Shown one piece after another: positions 12,658-24,529 of a stretch of DNA of 64,000 nt. The notes beneath the pieces were generated by a model. That model did no database searches. It worked only from the letters and a program-made list of their open reading frames with translations, and was not told the DNA's origin. The stretch is taken from contig AP026155.1 of the NCBI GenBank assembly GCA_030295235.1, positions 558,001 to 622,000 of the forward strand. The letters run 5' to 3'. How positions within the stretch are numbered: the stretch's first letter is position 1; each line of letters opens with the position of its first letter. Source of the DNA: Fistulifera solaris (lineage: Eukaryota). A program made the position numbers and the translations under genes.

Positions 12658-13152
12658 ATGGTACGCGAATTAAGCTACAACACTATTAGTGAAGTCCTCG
12701 ACTCATGGGAGGCCCTCCGTAGGATTGAGGATTACGAAGAGCAAGCCGGCTTGCTTCTTTTCCGCAGACTCTTCGATAAGTCTCCTCGAGCCAAGCTTCT
12801 ATTTGGCTTCCCAATTGATTTGGATGTTCATTCCGACACAATCAAGAACTCACGTCGCTTCAAGGCTCATGCTATGTACCTGATTCAAATGATAGACTCC
12901 TCACTAAATATGTTGGGACCTGACATTGAACTCTTAACCGAGATCATGCATGCATTGGGAGAAAAACACGCACGATTCGGAGTTTTGGCAGAAATGTACT
13001 CCCAAATGGGAGACGCCTTGATCGAAGCCATGACCGTATTGCTGGGTGAAGGCGTGATGAATGAAAAAGTCGTCGAAGCCTGGCACGAAACGTATGGCGC
13101 CTTGTCTGGCGATATGATTGAAGAACATGTTAAGTATGACCTTGGCGAATGA
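12658..13152 (+). CDS. Single-domain globin
   Basis: SW (A helix), FRRLF..P..K.LF (CD1 Phe), KAHA (distal His E7), LGEKHARFGV (proximal His F8), AW..TY. Confidence 0.9.
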   Translation: MVRELSYNTISEVLDSWEALRRIEDYEEQAGLLLFRRLFDKSPRAKLLFGFPIDLDVHSDTIKNSRRFKAHAMYLIQMIDSSLNMLGPDIELLTEIMHALGEKHARFGVLAEMYSQMGDALIEAMTVLLGEGVMNEKVVEAWHETYGALSGDMIEEHVKYDLGE

Positions 13153-13337
13153 AAACGAGTGTATCCCAATGCTGGGGTATCATAAGAGCCGGAGCATTCG
13201 AAAGGAATGCGCTTCAAGTTGTACTAGTAACGTCTTCATACTTTCATAATAACGATCAAGATAGCATCAGCACTGTTTATTGTTAGATTTTGGAGCTGCA
13301 AAGCAAAAAAAAAAGTTTTCGAGGGCCTTTCTTTTGT

Positions 13338-14357
13338 TTATAATTGACTCTTAGGGGGTCGACTGTGATACAATGCATTCGTTCCTCGCCCAAACCCCAG
13401 CTCCAATGTATACGGCTGCATCATATGACTCGTTTGTGCCTCTTGGATTACACGATTCATTTCTTGATAGACCGGTGATGACTGCCACCGTTCCTGGCGG
13501 CAATAGTCTTCTACACTCATCCACTGAATGGCGGCAATTTCGTCGGGACACGCCTCGAACACAATCTCCGCGTCAAGCAATTGCAGTACGCAAACAAAAA
13601 ATAGATCCGAATGGGTACGATACACTCGTTTGGAATCTCGACTTAAAGTCGTCAGTTGCGTCGGATGAGCTTGACGAAATTGCAAGATGCCTCGACACAC
13701 AGAGGTGAGGCCCGTTTCTTCCTTCAACTCGCGTTCCGCCGCGGCATGAATATCTTCTCCGGCATCTGTCAAACCGGTCGGCATTTTCCACAACGACCAA
13801 GCGGCCGCGGGGCCCGTCTTTTCTTGAACGACCAGCATTTGGGACGAATCGTCGGGATGGAATACCAAACAACCGACGCCGACTTGATGCGTCGGTCCGG
13901 CCGGCAATCGACTGATTGCCGAAGGATCATCGAACGACGGCAACCATGCCGATAAAATCAGCGTATTTTGCTGTACCAAATGAAAGCGAAATCCTGCGGC
14001 GACCGCCGAACCTACGTGATCGGCGTGGGCCGCCGGAACGTGCAACCAAATTCCTTTGCGTCCCTCTTGTTTCCATTGTTGCAACGAATTTTGTAAGGCC
14101 GTGCCGAAATCGGTCATCGACTGATTGAATAATATAGTCACGCCATTGTAATGGTCGTATTCCAACCATTCTTCGGGAATTTCGGGAGCACATCGACTCG
14201 TCGTTGTATTTCGAAACGACACTCCAGTGGTAGCCGCCAAACAAAGAAGACATGCCGCATTCTGTCTTTGTCGTGCCGATTGCCGAGACATCCACGCAGA
14301 AACCAAACGGGTGTTCGCGAAAGAAACCATCATCAAGAAAAGGAGTTTTTGTTTCAT
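13338..14357 (-). CDS. Nudix hydrolase (NUDT6/plant NUDX2-like) with N-terminal targeting peptide
   Basis: Nudix box GLTDAGEDIHAAAERELKEETGL; SLQQWKQEGRKGIWL; THQVGVG; SDLFFVC. Confidence 0.9.
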   Translation of the reverse strand: MKQKLLFLMMVSFANTRLVSAWMSRQSARQRQNAACLLCLAATTGVSFRNTTTSRCAPEIPEEWLEYDHYNGVTILFNQSMTDFGTALQNSLQQWKQEGRKGIWLHVPAAHADHVGSAVAAGFRFHLVQQNTLILSAWLPSFDDPSAISRLPAGPTHQVGVGCLVFHPDDSSQMLVVQEKTGPAAAWSLWKMPTGLTDAGEDIHAAAERELKEETGLTSVCRGILQFRQAHPTQLTTLSRDSKRVYRTHSDLFFVCVLQLLDAEIVFEACPDEIAAIQWMSVEDYCRQERWQSSPVYQEMNRVIQEAQTSHMMQPYTLELGFGRGTNALYHSRPPKSQL

Positions 14358-14838
14358 TTGCTTGACATTAGAAACATGGTTGACAGAACATAGTGTTTCG
14401 TCGTTTGCGGCCTACTGGTATGCTTCACAGACGAAAGAGAGAGAAGGAAAAACAAGTACCGGTACCGCAATGACTGTTCACGATTTACGATTAAATCAAA
14501 TTCAACCGGTCCGACTTCTCTGCACGGTGCGGTCCTCGAGCCAAAGGAGTACACAAAACGGACGAAAAAGAATCAGCAAAACGTAACAAGCGACTCTTCT
14601 CTCTGTCCCAAGCTAAGATAACGAGCTAGTCACACACTATAGCTACGAGAGGGAACAATCTTCACACACTAGACTAGTACACAAATCAATATTTAAAGAT
14701 GATGCTAGAGAATGCTCCAATGGCACTAACATACAACTGCCTGGCTTTTTTATAGAATAGAGAACAAGCCGTAAAGGCTTGTCCACCTCAATACACAACA
14801 AAGCTATGAAAACTGGCGAGTTGGCCAATCTCATATGC

Positions 14839-15717
14839 TTAGTAGTAGCTCATGCCGTTGGAATATCCACTCCATTCGCCACTGGTATCTACGACCAAGG
14901 GCTCCAATTGAGCAGTCAAGGGGAACTCCATCGTGGCCGTGTTGACAATACGAATCACGTTTCCACTTCCCGGTGTCTCGATAATCACGTAGAACGGACG
15001 TTCCAAGCCGTCTTCCGTATACACTTCCATGACTTGCTTGTTGTTGTTGGGACCTTGCAACAACTCGATGCGGGCATTCAAGGGGCGTCCGTCCGTTTTC
15101 AACAAGACGGCGACACTTTGCACGGAGGGATCGAACGGGTACGTGTGCAGAGCACCACCCTGAATTGTTCGGGATTGCTCTAAACGGACGGCCGCGAGCG
15201 GTTCTCGACTGGGGTCGGCCACCACGTTGGCCGCCAAGGGGAACTCGAGCTGACCGGTGTTGTAAATGGCAACGGCGTTGGGTCCTCGGGGAGTCTCGAC
15301 GTAGGCACAGAACGGACGACGACTTCCGTCTTCAATGTAGACGGCCATCTTTTGGGGAGTGTTATCGGGACCGTTCCAGAGATCAATGTTCGCATGTAGC
15401 GGACGGCCTTCTGTGCGCATCAATACTTGCACGCGCTCGACGTTGGGGTTGTTGAATGACCACGTCCGGAGCGAGCTTCCCTGAACAATCACGGGTTGCG
15501 TCGATTCCCAGATATCACGAGCACGTTCGACATCTCCCGATCGAGGAGAAGTACGCTGCATACCGCCGCTGACACCGCGGCCGACACCGACACCCGCGTT
15601 GGTTCCAGCGTAAGTGTAAAGGGGAGACGCACGGGTAGGAGAAGAAGGCTGCACAACGAAAGCTCCTGTGGCGGGAAGGAAAGCGCAAAGCGTCAAAATG
15701 TTGCTGTAGAACTTCAT
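14839..15717 (-). CDS. Tandem-duplicated-domain protein of unknown function, copy A (predicted plastid-targeted)
   Basis: Signal peptide ending ATGA-FVV; two ~90-aa internal repeats (QG..L.T..F...V..V.V...T.GRPL.A.I.L..GP.N..Q...VY.EDG..RPF...ETP...N...N...EFPL). Confidence 0.85.
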   Translation of the reverse strand: MKFYSNILTLCAFLPATGAFVVQPSSPTRASPLYTYAGTNAGVGVGRGVSGGMQRTSPRSGDVERARDIWESTQPVIVQGSSLRTWSFNNPNVERVQVLMRTEGRPLHANIDLWNGPDNTPQKMAVYIEDGSRRPFCAYVETPRGPNAVAIYNTGQLEFPLAANVVADPSREPLAAVRLEQSRTIQGGALHTYPFDPSVQSVAVLLKTDGRPLNARIELLQGPNNNKQVMEVYTEDGLERPFYVIIETPGSGNVIRIVNTATMEFPLTAQLEPLVVDTSGEWSGYSNGMSYY

Positions 15718-16598
15718 CTTTCTTTCTTTAGAATAATACCAGTAATAGAAAGTCTTTCACTACAATAGGAAAGGAATGTGCTTTTCGCTAAACAAAACAA
15801 AAGAGGAGGAGGAAAAAGGAGAGGACGAGCTCTCTGTTCTTTGAAGTGCGTACCCACGAAATTGGACAGGGTGTTGCGAGGGTGACGTGGTGTATTGTTG
15901 GCGTAGACGACCGTAGGTTTGGGTACGAAATGGGCCGGATAGAAACTGCAGTGAATACGTCAGCAGCCAAAGGGTGAGCTATAAGGGGTGAATTTAGTAC
16001 CAATTATTGTGTCCTGTAGAGTATATCTACGTTTTTGCGTCAACTTGTCTCCACGATTCTCACTATCGAGATCACCCCTCTTGTCGGTAAAATCTGCATC
16101 GAACACGTCATGCTCGGCATCGCCGACATCATTGTGGGATAAAGTGTAGTCAAAGAATCTTTGACACTTCCGACATCGACTTCAACGAACCAGTCGCAAA
16201 CACAGCTGCAGGGTTACTGACTTCTTTACTGTAAATTAAAAAAGTAAGCAGTAGCAGATGTTCCGTTGTTCTTCTTGATTTCCGTCGAACGCACTCGACG
16301 ATTTTGGCACCGAGGATGACGTTGATGCGGTCATCCCTGGTTCTTTCTAAGGGGATAGTCAAAAGCGTAGTCGAGACACGGATGGACAGAACATGTTTTT
16401 GGTCAAAATAGGTAACACTGCGACTTGGCTTACAACAACGACACCGACCGAACCGCCACAACAGCATCAACATCAATATGCAACATCCACAATCATTATT
16501 CTATCCGATGAAACGGAAATAACGATTCAAGCATATTGTATACATCTACGCAATTAATCAAGCTCTAAAACAACTGAGAACGCGCATTCAACAATATT

Positions 16599-18251
16599 AT
16601 GTCACGGCATCGCAATGTAAAGCACATGGTCGACGATTACTACGACGAAGAAGACGATGATTATTATTACGACGACAATTATGATGACTACGACGACTCG
16701 TATGTGGCTCCGAAAACCAAGCCAAAACCAAAGAATACGCAAGTTAATAATAAACAAGTCCCGAAGCCTCAACAACCAAACAAGCCGATCATAAAGCCAC
16801 CACAAGTGACGACAAAACCGAAATCCGAACTTCCCGTTCAGAATTCTACGTCTTCATCAATTACTATTCATTCAACTCTTACAAAATCCAATGCAACTGC
16901 CCCATCACCCCCGGTACCCGAAATTTTGATTCGTGAGCAAAATTCTCACACTACACCCCTCACCGTTGTCATTTTGGGGCATGTCGATGCCGGCAAATCA
17001 TCGGTTACGGGCCATTTACTCTATCACCATCCACAAAACAATCATAGCAATAAACGCAACAAGCAAACGCCACAATACGCTTGGCTGCTTGATGAAGATG
17101 AAGAAGAACGAGCGCATGGAGTGACGATGGATATTGCCACCAAGTCGTTGCGGACCGTGTCAGGACGATTGCTTGTGTTGCAGGATGCTCCGGGACATGC
17201 GGATTACGTCCCGGCCGCCATTACGGGGACAGCACTCGCCGATGCTGCTCTATTAACGGTGGATGTCACCGACTTTTCAACGGCGTTTCAGGCGGGGCAA
17301 TTGCGGGAGCATGCGTTATTGGCGCGGGGTTTGGGAGTATCGAGTCTCTTGATTGTTTTGAATAAAATGGATTTGATCCATTGGCGGCAAGACATTTTTG
17401 ATGATGTTCAAAAGCAACTGGTGGAGTTTTTGGTTTCTCCACAATGTGGATTTTCGTCCTCGAAAGTGCGTTGTGTTCCGGTATCGGCCATGAACGGGGA
17501 TAACATTTACATGCCCATGAAAAATAGCTGGTATACCGGGCCGACGCTTTGGGAGGCTTTGGATCGGTTTGATTCCACACCGCAATATCGTAAACTACTG
17601 GAAAAGCCTTCCCGATTGCTTATTTCGGATGTTGTGGCGAGCACTGGAGGTGGAGTGTCAGTGCGGGCCAAAGTATTACAAGGATGGGTACAAATGAATG
17701 AAAACGTAATAGTGTGGCCGTACGGCGATGAAACCAGACTGACGAAACTGCAACGTTTTGATGCAGATAGTATCGATAAAGAACGATCTCAGTATGCATC
17801 CGCCGGTGAATTAATTGACGTGGTACTAACGGGCATTGATGCCGTGAGGATATCTCCGGGTCAAATATTGACTAGACCCAACCAACGCCCTCCTCTGGCA
17901 AAGAAGTGCCAGGCAACCATTATTGTGCTATCCAAGCAGCAAAACAATAGCGTTATAATTCGAGGTGCTCAGGTCACTTTTCATATGCATTCACTGGACA
18001 TTCCCTGCCACATTTCCAAATTGCATCGCTCCTTCAAACCCGATGGTAGTGTCCTGCACGAACATCCACGGGCCCTAGCGGCCCACGGAACCTCGGACGT
18101 CATTGCCTTGGTGGAATTGACACTTCAAGAACCCATTTGCATGCAAACATTCGCCGATTGTCGACCTTTGGGCCGGTTTGTATTACGTCGAGCAGGTGAT
18201 ACGATCGCGGTGGGGCGGATCGAGATGGTACTTGAACACTCGCACTCATAA
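16599..18251 (+). CDS. HBS1: HBS1-like translational GTPase
   Basis: N-terminal MSRHRNVK..DDYYD typical of HBS1; GHVDAGKS, YAWLLDEDEEERAHGVTMD, DAPGH, NKMD, LGRFVLR..G.TIAVG. Confidence 0.88.
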   Translation: MSRHRNVKHMVDDYYDEEDDDYYYDDNYDDYDDSYVAPKTKPKPKNTQVNNKQVPKPQQPNKPIIKPPQVTTKPKSELPVQNSTSSSITIHSTLTKSNATAPSPPVPEILIREQNSHTTPLTVVILGHVDAGKSSVTGHLLYHHPQNNHSNKRNKQTPQYAWLLDEDEEERAHGVTMDIATKSLRTVSGRLLVLQDAPGHADYVPAAITGTALADAALLTVDVTDFSTAFQAGQLREHALLARGLGVSSLLIVLNKMDLIHWRQDIFDDVQKQLVEFLVSPQCGFSSSKVRCVPVSAMNGDNIYMPMKNSWYTGPTLWEALDRFDSTPQYRKLLEKPSRLLISDVVASTGGGVSVRAKVLQGWVQMNENVIVWPYGDETRLTKLQRFDADSIDKERSQYASAGELIDVVLTGIDAVRISPGQILTRPNQRPPLAKKCQATIIVLSKQQNNSVIIRGAQVTFHMHSLDIPCHISKLHRSFKPDGSVLHEHPRALAAHGTSDVIALVELTLQEPICMQTFADCRPLGRFVLRRAGDTIAVGRIEMVLEHSHS

Positions 18252-18741
18252 ATAAGAATAGAATATCATTTCAATCAGATCTAACCGCTTCTTTATATCT
18301 CTTAGGTAGTCGGCAAGGTTATCCGGTTTGTGAAAAGACTAAACTACGGCAGCGCTCCGACCTTTAAGCCACACACCACAAACGAAGTCGCGCGAACACG
18401 TACTAGTAGCTTATGGTGTCCTCGCTATCAATAATGCGTACACTACTTTGTACACTACTGAAACAATTTAAGATGCTTTCCGTTCGCAATTTGTTCTTGA
18501 ATTTCATTGGCCGATACACGGGTCTTGTGTATGGACACTACCTGTACTTGGGAGCCAGCCAATGCCAACAAAGATTTTTTGTAAAACGCGCGACAACATT
18601 AAGGCTTGCGCGCCTCATTCATGTGAGTTGACTCGTCCTCTTCTCATTCATTATTACTCCGCATCTCTCTCTCATGTTGTACTATTCATTCCAATCTTCG
18701 CTTTCCCTAACTCTATCTGTTACCATAGACAACTTGCAAAA

Positions 18742-19314
18742 ATGGAACAGCCGAAACGAATATCACTCAATTCTTCAGTCTCGTGGTTCAAAGAAAACGA
18801 GGATGTTTCTACGTCCATGGACGATCATTGGGACGATGATTTATTACTAGGTAACGAATCATTGTTTGTTTTGGAGGGAGAGCAGACATGTATTTTCTCG
18901 CCGTCCTTGATGAATGCCTCGCGTGCCGATGTGAGCGATGACGAGGATAGCGCTTGTTACAGCGACAATGGTGACAGCATTCCGACCTGGAACGACGGCG
19001 TATTTTATCACAACAATGAATTACAACAATCAGCTGATCCAAGACAATTGAAAGCTTGTACGTCATGGGAAGAATGTAGAAGAAAGCTGGAATTGTCGAT
19101 GGAACGATCCAAGAAAAGTCGATCTTGGATTGAATCGAACATCATCCAATTGTGCCATCCAAACACCCAAAAGGCTATTTACAAAACACTACAATCGACC
19201 GCGCTCATGGAAACCATTTTAAAACAAACACCAGAACGATGCCCTTGGTTCATCATCGAAGACGAGTCGAGTTCAATTACAACTTTGGAGAGGTGTAGAC
19301 ACCATGCAGAATGA
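18742..19314 (+). CDS. Hypothetical protein
   Basis: Acidic ORF from ATG 18742 with a KLELSMERSKKSR helix; no recognisable domain. Confidence 0.5.
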   Translation: MEQPKRISLNSSVSWFKENEDVSTSMDDHWDDDLLLGNESLFVLEGEQTCIFSPSLMNASRADVSDDEDSACYSDNGDSIPTWNDGVFYHNNELQQSADPRQLKACTSWEECRRKLELSMERSKKSRSWIESNIIQLCHPNTQKAIYKTLQSTALMETILKQTPERCPWFIIEDESSSITTLERCRHHAE

Positions 19315-20003
19315 CGAGAAGCAGAATGCGAGGAATCCAGCCATGCTTTTTGATCCTTGTTTCAAATTTCAAATAGCCAACGTATATCATGTATCGGCGC
19401 AGATCAATAACGCCCTACTTTGGCGCCTCGTACCCACGGCGTGACCCTACTTTGGGTAGCGGCTGTTCTTCGTCACTTTTTGAAACACATTTTTTGCATA
19501 TAATTCTAATACAGTGCTCTCATCTCCCTTCTGGTATTGATATGGGATGCAATAGGAAGCACACCATCAGAGACATTTCTGTTATTTGCACATTACGCCA
19601 GTCTCCTTCATCATCAGTTGAGCAATTGTGGTATTTTCTTACTTCATAGATGGTTAGTTAGTCTACTTTTTTTGCCTAGGAAAACGAAGAAAAAGCCAAT
19701 GAGCCAAATAATGGGGAGGCGCATTGCTCGCATGTTTTTGGCGCGAAAACGAACCGTCGGCCATTTGGCGTTGCGTACACATCACGCTATAGTGAGTGCA
19801 TGGTGACGTGTCCAGATTTTCGCGAACTCTTTTTTCAAGAAAGCTTTTTGTTCCAAAAGATCCAGACAACGGCACGAGATTAATGCTATCGTCTTTTCTG
19901 ATTCCTCAGCATTACAGTCGACTTTCTAAGGCTTAGAAGAGAAGCGAGTTTTTTTTCACGTAGTGTACACTCATTTCGTTTTGAACGAGTCAGAAGAATC
20001 ATC

Positions 20004-20846
20004 ATGAAGGTCTCTGTCTTGTTCCTCGTCGTCTTTCTTTTGCCGGCGACAGCTTTCCTTCCGCTTCGCACGCACCCTCGCGTCTCGGTCAAACAGTTCG
20101 CTTATTCCGGGGTGAATAGAGCGACGTCAACAAATCCTCCTCCGACGCCCACTGTTGCGAAACGACCCGAAGCGCGTCGTGCGAAAGAACTCTGGGAATC
20201 GACCGTTCCGGTCATTATTCACGGAAGTTCTCTCCGAACGTGGTCCTTGCCAACCCTAACGTCGAACGCGTTCAGATTCTGCTGAGGACGGAAGGACGCC
20301 CGATGCACGCCAATATTGATCTCTGGCACGGACCCGATAATACACCGCAAAAAATTGCCCTCTACATTGAAGATGGTGCCTTACGGCCTTTCCATGTCTA
20401 TGTGGAAACACCGCGCAGTCCGAATGCGGTGGCGGTCTACAACACGGCAACTAGAATTCCCTTTGGCGGCCGTGGTGGAAGCCGACGGGTTGACGGAACC
20501 ATTACCGAATCTACGGATTGGGACGAGTCCACGTGTCATCCAAGGCGGTGCCTTGCATACGTATCCGTTTGATCCTTCTGTCCAAAGTGTTGCTCTTCTT
20601 CTGAAAACGGACGGCAGACCACTAAATGCTCGCATCGAGTTGTTGCAGGGTCCCAACAACAACAAACAAGTCATGGAAGTTTTTTCGGAAGATGGTCTCG
20701 AACGACCCTTCTATGTCGTTTTGGAAACACCGGGAAGTGGCAATGTGGTCCGTATTGTCAACACGGCCACGATGGAGTTTCCGTTAACGGCATATTTGGA
20801 ACCAGTGGTGGTCGATTCGACGTATCCGCCAGGAAGGTTTTGGTAA
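20004..20846 (+). CDS. Tandem-duplicated-domain protein, copy B (frameshifts near 20248 and 20446)
   Basis: Signal peptide ending ATA-FLP; three overlapping ORFs reconstruct a protein colinear with copy A. Confidence 0.8.
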
Positions 20847-21482
20847 ATGGTAGAATAACGCGCAAGGGTGTGTAAACGTACGCAGTGCCTCGCTGCGGTC
20901 TAATAATTACTAGTAACTTTGTTGATGTAGTTGATTATTGTGCTCTCTTTATTTCTATTGAGGTCAAGCGTTCTCTCAGTGGAAAGTATTATAGCCATAG
21001 GATCACTGCCTTTAGGCGCTCTCTCGATATTCATTCGTTCTTAAGTTGTTCACGAGTCCTGAGTCGTGAATCGTGCTCCACGCGCGCCTCGGTCCCCGTC
21101 TATGTGGTTTGTACTTCGTACTGCAGACCCAAAATTGGTATATAATATAATGTATTCTGGTTTCATAGGACTTTAATTTTCGATTCCGGTCTTTTAAGTA
21201 AATCGACAAAGTACTAATTGATATATACCATTTACAGTGCCAGACACGGATACATAATACAATCTGTCTCGCCGAGACACGGATACATAGCCGCATTTTT
21301 CTTTGAGCGACCGTTTGGAAATGCCGATCTTGGATGAAGTCAATTGGTTGGCGGTAGATCTCAAAAGGCTTCGGCGGCGGAGATCTATTCATAACTTTTC
21401 TTTCCCCAGTTTTAATCCTTAAGTCAAGCTTACGAAAGCTTTTGTTACAGGAACGCTAGTTTTCAAATTTTTCGACGAAACG

Positions 21483-22403
21483 ATGAAAGCTTACACAACT
21501 TTCCTCCTGTTGTTGGCTTGCGAGCCTTCGCTAGCATTCTCTCTTCAAGCTTCCCAACGTGATGTTTCACGGACTGCGCTCTTTTCTACCCCCGGCATGG
21601 GTGAACGTGTCATGGAAAACTTGAATCTTCAACCACCGATGAGCCCCGCTGCTGGTGGTCTGGCCGCCCCTGGAATGCCCTCCGCTCCCGAACGCGTCAA
21701 TCAAGGCCCCATGAATGGCAACACTTCCTGGGACATGGCTACACCCGTTTTAATTCAAGGAAATTCGCTTCGCACATGGTCCTTTGATCAAAATGTCAAG
21801 AGAGTACAGCTACTGATGAGGACCGGAGGTCGACCCATGCATTCGAACGTTGAATTGTGGCACGGTCCGGACAATACTCCACAGAAAATAGGCTTGTACG
21901 TGGAAGATGGAAACGAACGACCTATGAATGCTGTCATTGAATTGCCCAAAGGACCCAACAGTGTCGCCGTATTCAACACGGGTAACTTGGAATTCCCACT
22001 TTCGGCCGGTGTACAACCCGGTTCCGAGGAGCCTATGGATATTTCGGTACTGAAAACCGCCCGCACCATACAAGGAGGTGCTCTGCATACCTACCCCTTT
22101 GACGCGACGGTACAAAGCGTTCAAATTTTGCTCAGAACCGAAGGACGACCGCTGAATGCACGAATTGAGTTGTTACAAGGTCCCAACAACAACAAGCAAG
22201 TCATGGAAGTATACACGGAAGATGGCTACGATCGACCATTTTATGTGGTGATTGCCACACCCGGCAGCGGCAACGTCATTCGTTTGTTGAACACGGCTCC
22301 GCTTGAATTTCCTCTCACGGCGTCTGTCGAACCCTTGGAAGTGGCCACCACGTTCGATGCCATGTCGGATGGTCGCACCTTCAACGATATCAACATTTAT
22401 TGA
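21483..22403 (+). CDS. Tandem-duplicated-domain protein, copy C
   Basis: Signal peptide ending SLA-FSL; intact ORF with the same two repeats as copies A and B. Confidence 0.85.
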   Translation: MKAYTTFLLLLACEPSLAFSLQASQRDVSRTALFSTPGMGERVMENLNLQPPMSPAAGGLAAPGMPSAPERVNQGPMNGNTSWDMATPVLIQGNSLRTWSFDQNVKRVQLLMRTGGRPMHSNVELWHGPDNTPQKIGLYVEDGNERPMNAVIELPKGPNSVAVFNTGNLEFPLSAGVQPGSEEPMDISVLKTARTIQGGALHTYPFDATVQSVQILLRTEGRPLNARIELLQGPNNNKQVMEVYTEDGYDRPFYVVIATPGSGNVIRLLNTAPLEFPLTASVEPLEVATTFDAMSDGRTFNDINIY

Positions 22404-23204
22404 TTAGACACTGATCTCGCGATCCAACTGATCTCGGGTGCTGCAAATACACACGCGCGCAATTTTAAAGTTACAACGATAAAATACAGCTTTCATCAAC
22501 GCACTTGAAAACTATCGTATTATAATTTCTAGTTATTGTCGTGGACGCCTTTCCTCCAAAACCTGTATCATTTCCTCTCATGAAACGTATCAATATGCAC
22601 CGAAATAAAGTTTTGATATCGTTTTGCTAGTTCCATTGCTTGTTTGCTCGCAATAGCCATAATCTTGTTTTGTTGTTTTGTAAGAGAATCGAGCTCTTCC
22701 TAGTCTTTTGCGTTTTACGCGATTTAAGGTTAGGGGTTACGAGAGGTGAGCGCCAAATTTACGGTGGAGCAGGTCGTTACGGTTCTCCGTGATTCATTTG
22801 AAAACGGAAGAATTATGCTCCCCTCATATCGTAAAACGTAATCCATTTGATACACTGTCTTTCAGTGGGCGTCACGGCTAACCGTATACGTCCCTGTAAG
22901 ACTACTGGATACAATTGTGTACCGCAGTCGGGTTCAAAAGCCCTTCGTCTTCTTGCCACTTCCCAATCATCGTAAACAGCCGGCGGCAAACGTCGCCTAG
23001 AGCCTAGAGAGAATTGATTACGTTGCGGAAAACGATCAAGGAGTTACCAGTAGTATTATTGGCTCCTACGTTGTTCATTGCTGAATTCATCTAAGAGAGA
23101 TCTCCTCTCGCTACTTTGTTTATTTCTTTCGCTTCATATTTTGTTTTAGAAGTCGACAGAGACGTTGTGCGCTGTCATAGAAATAATTTTACAAAGAAAG
23201 CATC

Positions 23205-24274
23205 ATGAGCAACAACAAAAATAACTCCGCAGGTGACTCTTCCTCGAAACAGCCCACCGTATTCGTCGAAGTCGATCCTACCGTCGATGACGAAGACGCC
23301 GCAGTCATTTCGGGTCCTACAATATCGTCAGCTTCTGCAGAAGACTCACCGACGCAAATTCCTCCCGAGCCCGTCGATAAATGCAACGAGGAAGTGGAAG
23401 AAGACGACGAGTACGAATATGAATACGAAGAAGACGAAGATGCTCCCTTTTCAGGATTCCTTGTTAATGATTCTTCGAATATGTTCACTCATACCGAGTC
23501 CTCAAAAGCTGCGGATAATACGACAGACGCCGCTCCAGAGGGCAAAACCCCGCCACCATTCGGGACGATGAAGAATCATCATCGACGGCGGCCCCGAAAC
23601 AAAAATGGCGACAACCCAGTCAGGAAGCCGTCAGCATGTCGATGCGGGCCGAACAAGAAACGACGGGAGGGAAACGACGACTGGCGCAAGACTTGTATCG
23701 GATCATGAATCAAGACACGTCCGAGGCCGGATTCTCGCTCCACCCCACGGCGGAGGATTCTATGAAACACTGGACGATTGAATTGTTTCAATTTGATCCG
23801 GACAGTAATCTTGCAAAAGATATGAAAGTCTTGGGAATTGATCACATTGAACTCGAAATGACTTTTCCGGATCAATATCCGTTCGAGCCCCCGTTTGTAC
23901 GAGTAGTCAAGCCGCGGTTCAAACGCCAAACAGGGTTTGTCATGAGTGGGGCACTGTGTATGGAATTGCTCACAAAAGATGGCTGGAATCCGGTCAACGA
24001 TATTGAGTCCGTCATTGTATCGATTCGTTCTCTGTTGGTAGTCGGCGACGGCCGTCTCGAAGCCGCCTATAATCTGAGCGATACCCGTTATCAAGAGCTT
24101 CTCGCCGCCGCAACCGAGGTGAAACCAGCTTCGAAGCGTCCCCGGACCGAATCTTCAAAGAATGCCGGCGGTGCGTACACGACCGCCGAAGCGGAAGCCG
24201 CTTATACTCATTTAAGTGACTATCACAAGAAGAAAGGTTGGGATTCCTCGGGATGGTGGGCCCGTAAAGGCTAA
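23205..24274 (+). CDS. Ubiquitin-conjugating enzyme E2 Q-like with acidic N-terminus (frameshift near 23545)
   Basis: KRRLAQDL, W.IELF.FD.DS.L, FPDQYPFEPPFVRVV.P, GFVMSGALCMELLT.DGW.P...IESVI. Confidence 0.88.
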
Positions 24275-24529
24275 GCCACTTTTTGCTCGAATGCTGTCAG
24301 TACAGCTTTCTCTGCATTTCTCTCTCTCTCATTCTTACAATTAGAATTCGCGGACGAAATACGTTCGTGATTACATGTCTAAAATTTTTACAGTCTCAAA
24401 GATTTCTCTTTTACTCTTTCCTTTTGTAGTTTGGTGGATGAAAAGATGCATAGAATGCTCTATGAAACGAAGGTTGTTGATTGTGGCGCAAAAGCGATAT
24501 TTTTATATTTTTGTGCTTAGTTGTAAACG

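Noticed and set aside
15970..16480. Broken minus-strand coding-like stretch between family copy A and HBS1
   Set aside because: Interrupted frames and no identifiable homology.
22725..22740. Telomere-like ttaaggttagggg (also ggttagggtt near 31575)
   Set aside because: Only one or two degenerate units; expected by chance.
22925..22945. gggttcaaaagccc resembling a tRNA T-arm
   Set aside because: No acceptor stem, D-arm or anticodon arm could be built around it.
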